DNA from: Candidatus Saccharimonadota bacterium
Lineage (GTDB): Archaea; Micrarchaeota; Micrarchaeia; Micrarchaeales; Micrarchaeaceae
Assembly (NCBI RefSeq): GCF_002214165.1
Contig: NZ_CP019964.1
Coordinates: forward strand, 150,001 to 182,000
Length of the DNA: 32,000 nucleotides
Direction: 5' to 3'
A program made the translations under genes and the position numbers. Positions within the stretch are counted from its first letter, which is position 1. Every line of letters starts with the position of its first letter. The notes under the pieces are model-generated. The model had not been told where the DNA came from. It worked only from the letters and a program-made list of their open reading frames with translations, and did no database searches. This document shows positions 29,311-32,000 of the stretch, one piece after another.

Positions 29311-30914
29311 GTGATAAAATGTATAAAATAAGCTTGATTTCATTATGCATAATAGTTCTAGGTTTGGCGGGCATTTCATCAGCCCAAGGGTTATCGCAGG
29401 TAAGCGGTGCATTATCAATAACAAATCTACAAATATCTCCATCTCCTTTAGTGGCCGGAGAGAATGCAACCATCTCGTTCAACCTATATAATTCCTATTC
29501 GCATTCATTATATGACATCAACCTGCAGCTACTCTCTCAGAACCCTATGCTTAATTTCTCTCCTGTGTATAGCAATATAATATACAATATAGGAGAGGGC
29601 ACAGATAATGACGGCGTTTTTTACTTCACATTTAGAGTCCCAAAGAATATACCTGCGGGAGAATATGAAATAGACGCAGTTGCTACATATAGGTCAAAAT
29701 TTGCAGAAACACCGACATTCACAACATCAGAGCCAGGTGAATCCGAAATGCCTATCTATATATACATATACGGAAAGCCTGTTTTAAGCGCCAGCATACA
29801 GCAGGCCAATCCAATTGTTCCAGAATCCGATGCCAATCTGGAAATTGACCTTACCAATCTTGGGAATGGGGTAGCTGACAATGTAACAGTAATACTGCAT
29901 AATTCTACTTATTTGAAATTTATAGGGCAAAGCAAATTCAGCATATCCGATCTGCCAAATTCACAATCTACAGATTTATCTGCACAGGCTTATGTATCGA
30001 GAGGGATAACCTCTGGGGTACAGGATATAAATGCCACACTAGTATATGAGAACATGTTTGGGAACAAAACTGTGGAAAATGAGACACTGCCAATAAATGT
30101 GCTTATCAACAGCCCTGAAATATCTGTAAGCACAAGCTCATCTGTTCCAGAAACGTTATACTCCGGAGGAAACCAGACTATAACCCTGCTGATAAGCAAC
30201 TCTGGATTAGGCACTGCTAAAAATCTGACATTGTCATTGCTCCCAAACCAGAATATAACTTATGGAAGCATGGACAAGTTCTTCATTCCAACACTTGAGC
30301 CTGGAAGCTCTAACACAGAGCCAATATACATAAAGTTGGGAAGGGAATTTGAAGGAAACAGCACAAAATTGCCTATAGAGTTGACTTATTCAAATGCGAA
30401 TCTGAAAAACTCAACATCAAGAAACTTTAGTATAAATATATCCGTGCAGAAATCTGCAATAATCAATATAGAGAACTTGAGCGATACCCTATTGCCAGGA
30501 GCTACAGATGTTCCTGTAACACTGCAGATAAAAAACACCGGAAACGAAGAGGCACAGGAGATGACCCTGAGTTTTGAATCAGTATATCCAATAACCCCGG
30601 TAGACTCAAATTCCTATGTAAATGCCTTGCAGCCAGGGCAATCTGTCAACGTGACATTCTATGTTAATGTCGATTCAAAGGCAACTGCAGGATCATACCC
30701 CATAACAATATACGAGGAATGGTTGCAGCCCAATGGAGGACCAACCCAAGAATTCTCAGGAACAAACAACTATTATGTGGAGGTATATAGTTCAAGTAAA
30801 AAAAGTTCAGCTGATAGTTTTATAAACTACATATACGCTTTAATAATCATAATAGTAGTAATTTACATAATATTCAGAATACTAAAGAGATCTAGCAGTA
30901 AAGGTAAAAAATAA
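29307..30914 (+). CDS. Secreted, C-terminally membrane-anchored surface protein with CARDB/COG1361-like repeats
   Basis: ATGA overlap with the permease stop. Signal peptide MYKISLISLCIIVLGLAGISSAQG. Four repeats of the pattern x-I-x-N-x-G-x-x-x-A-x-N-h-T-h (for example EIDLTNLGNGVADNVTV, TLLISNSGLGTAKNLTL, TLQIKNTGNEEAQEMTL), each followed by an (A/P)G.Y.I motif. C-terminal TM anchor IYALIIIIVVIYIIF plus a basic tail. Confidence 0.6.
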   Translation: MSDKMYKISLISLCIIVLGLAGISSAQGLSQVSGALSITNLQISPSPLVAGENATISFNLYNSYSHSLYDINLQLLSQNPMLNFSPVYSNIIYNIGEGTDNDGVFYFTFRVPKNIPAGEYEIDAVATYRSKFAETPTFTTSEPGESEMPIYIYIYGKPVLSASIQQANPIVPESDANLEIDLTNLGNGVADNVTVILHNSTYLKFIGQSKFSISDLPNSQSTDLSAQAYVSRGITSGVQDINATLVYENMFGNKTVENETLPINVLINSPEISVSTSSSVPETLYSGGNQTITLLISNSGLGTAKNLTLSLLPNQNITYGSMDKFFIPTLEPGSSNTEPIYIKLGREFEGNSTKLPIELTYSNANLKNSTSRNFSINISVQKSAIINIENLSDTLLPGATDVPVTLQIKNTGNEEAQEMTLSFESVYPITPVDSNSYVNALQPGQSVNVTFYVNVDSKATAGSYPITIYEEWLQPNGGPTQEFSGTNNYYVEVYSSSKKSSADSFINYIYALIIIIVVIYIIFRILKRSSSKGKK

Positions 30915-30932
30915 CCTGAATCTGGTGAAAAT

Positions 30933-31856
30933 ATGGTCATGCAAAGAGGTATAAAAGAAGTATTGAAAAATTACAACATGCCACTATGGATAAGCGATTA
31001 CGTAGACGCGTACATCAGGGAGGATCCATTAAATTCAATGAAAAGGGCTACCAGCTTTATAAATGTAAAGCGTAAAAGGGGGTCTGTTACAAGCACATAT
31101 GTAATCTTGCCAAATGGCATTAAATTCAGCATGTCTGACATATCCAAAATCCTTAGCTTGTTCTATTATGGCGAAAAGCAAGTTGAACTGATGGCCGAAA
31201 GCTGGTCATCACGGCCGGATCCGGTGCACGTAAACTATGTAAAGCATTTCATAAATGTGGGCAAAGCAGAAAAAAGGCACCTAAGAGCTATAAAGAACCT
31301 TATGGACGGACTAATGAGAAAGCCTGAGGAACCACCCCAGATTATTAAAGATGTCTTCTCATATATAATGAATCTTGACCAGTGGGAAGAGAGATTTATA
31401 GCACTCTACATGATAATGAGGTACTCCTACAGTGCAATATTCGGCCAGGTATTCTATAAAGTATTCTACTTTGTGATGCCTGAGTTTATGAGGTCTTTTG
31501 GAAAGGTATATATAGATGAAAACGGAGATTTGAAGTGGGCTTTGGAAGAAACACGCAACATGATAAAAAATGGGAGTATTAGCGAAAGCAGGGTTTTGAA
31601 GATATCAGAGGATCTGCTAAGCCTGATTGAGGCTTCAGTAAAATACGAAATCTCTATAACAAAGGATTTGGAAGTCGAAAAAGAAATAAGGCTTATGCTC
31701 AAGGTTGCAATTGCTTACCCATTGCATGAACTAAAGGACCTAGGCGTAAATGTGGATATCAAGAAGGAGGAATCAACGATAGATACGCTTTCAGATAACC
31801 TTCTAAAGCAAAATAATAAAAACGAGCAAGATAAGGCAGTGCCTACAAAAATTTAA
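30933..31856 (+). CDS. Hypothetical protein, predicted all-helical, last gene of the PadR-ABC operon
   Basis: 307-aa ORF on the same strand, 18 nt after the previous stop. I recognise no motif. The C-terminal ~60 aa are charged. Confidence 0.5.
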   Translation: MVMQRGIKEVLKNYNMPLWISDYVDAYIREDPLNSMKRATSFINVKRKRGSVTSTYVILPNGIKFSMSDISKILSLFYYGEKQVELMAESWSSRPDPVHVNYVKHFINVGKAEKRHLRAIKNLMDGLMRKPEEPPQIIKDVFSYIMNLDQWEERFIALYMIMRYSYSAIFGQVFYKVFYFVMPEFMRSFGKVYIDENGDLKWALEETRNMIKNGSISESRVLKISEDLLSLIEASVKYEISITKDLEVEKEIRLMLKVAIAYPLHELKDLGVNVDIKKEESTIDTLSDNLLKQNNKNEQDKAVPTKI

Positions 31857-31904
31857 ATAGGTTATTATTGCAATTAATAATAAGCATCAAATAGAGATGA
31901 TAGA

Positions 31905-32000
31905 ATGGCAGACGAAATGAACGTAGCAAACGATGAAACAAGAACTGAAGAAGAAGGCAGAAAAACAAATGAAACAAATATTGTCTATATAGGAAAGAAG
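31905..32000 (+). CDS. albA: 5' end of a probable Alba (Sac10b) chromatin/RNA-binding protein gene, truncated by the window
   Basis: MADEMNVANDETRTEEEGRKTNETNIVYIGKK. The final NIVYIGKK matches the conserved Alba start (n.V.IGkKpvMnYV). Only 32 codons are visible. Confidence 0.45.
   Translation, partial: MADEMNVANDETRTEEEGRKTNETNIVYIGKK

Noticed and set aside
30933-31856. Ferritin-like or di-iron four-helix-bundle assignment for the 307-aa hypothetical protein (AEKRH resembles an ExxH motif)
   Set aside because: Only one ExxH is present. The second half has LEETRN with no His, and the Glu ligands are not convincingly placed. The protein is left as hypothetical.
1-32000. CRISPR arrays, IS elements, rRNA genes and long direct DNA repeats
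   Set aside because: I found no regularly spaced direct repeats, no transposase-like ORF and no rRNA-like sequence. The LamG repetition is at protein-motif level, not a DNA repeat.

Overview
AT-rich archaeal chromosomal window. Archaeal hallmarks are Hjc resolvase, a Hef-type helicase, archaeal DnaG, an Alba N-terminus at the right edge, a tRNA with a canonical bulge-helix-bulge intron, class III (prepilin-like) signal peptides, oligo-T terminators and GGTGA-type Shine-Dalgarno sites. DnaK resembles Thermoplasmata-type DnaK as I recall it, so I guess a Thermoplasmata-like or DPANN-like acidophile; that is not proven. The window is densely coding, with about 30 protein genes and 2 tRNAs. Left to right: (1) a type IV pilus-like locus, with two T2SSF platform genes converging on a four-gene operon of pilin-like proteins carrying one to three LamG modules; (2) a heat-shock block of hsp20, a divergent wHTH regulator, then grpE-dnaK-dnaJ and a P-loop-less COG1373-like gene; (3) an operon of two KaiC-like ATPases plus a small protein that reads as a tandem ribosomal-stalk-P1-NTD-like repeat; (4) an MFS transporter, tRNA-Thr, hjc and a helicase-only hef; (5) intron-containing tRNA-Phe, a stand-alone cytochrome b-like protein and ksgA; (6) an isolated pilin-like DUF2341 protein; (7) dnaG with a long low-complexity insertion; (8) a PadR / ABC-2 exporter / CARDB-like surface protein / hypothetical operon. 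No CRISPR array, transposase, integrase or rRNA was seen. The best candidates for something undescribed are the LamG-pilin locus and the KaiC-KaiC-P1-like operon. All homology statements rest on motifs read by eye and need profile searches.
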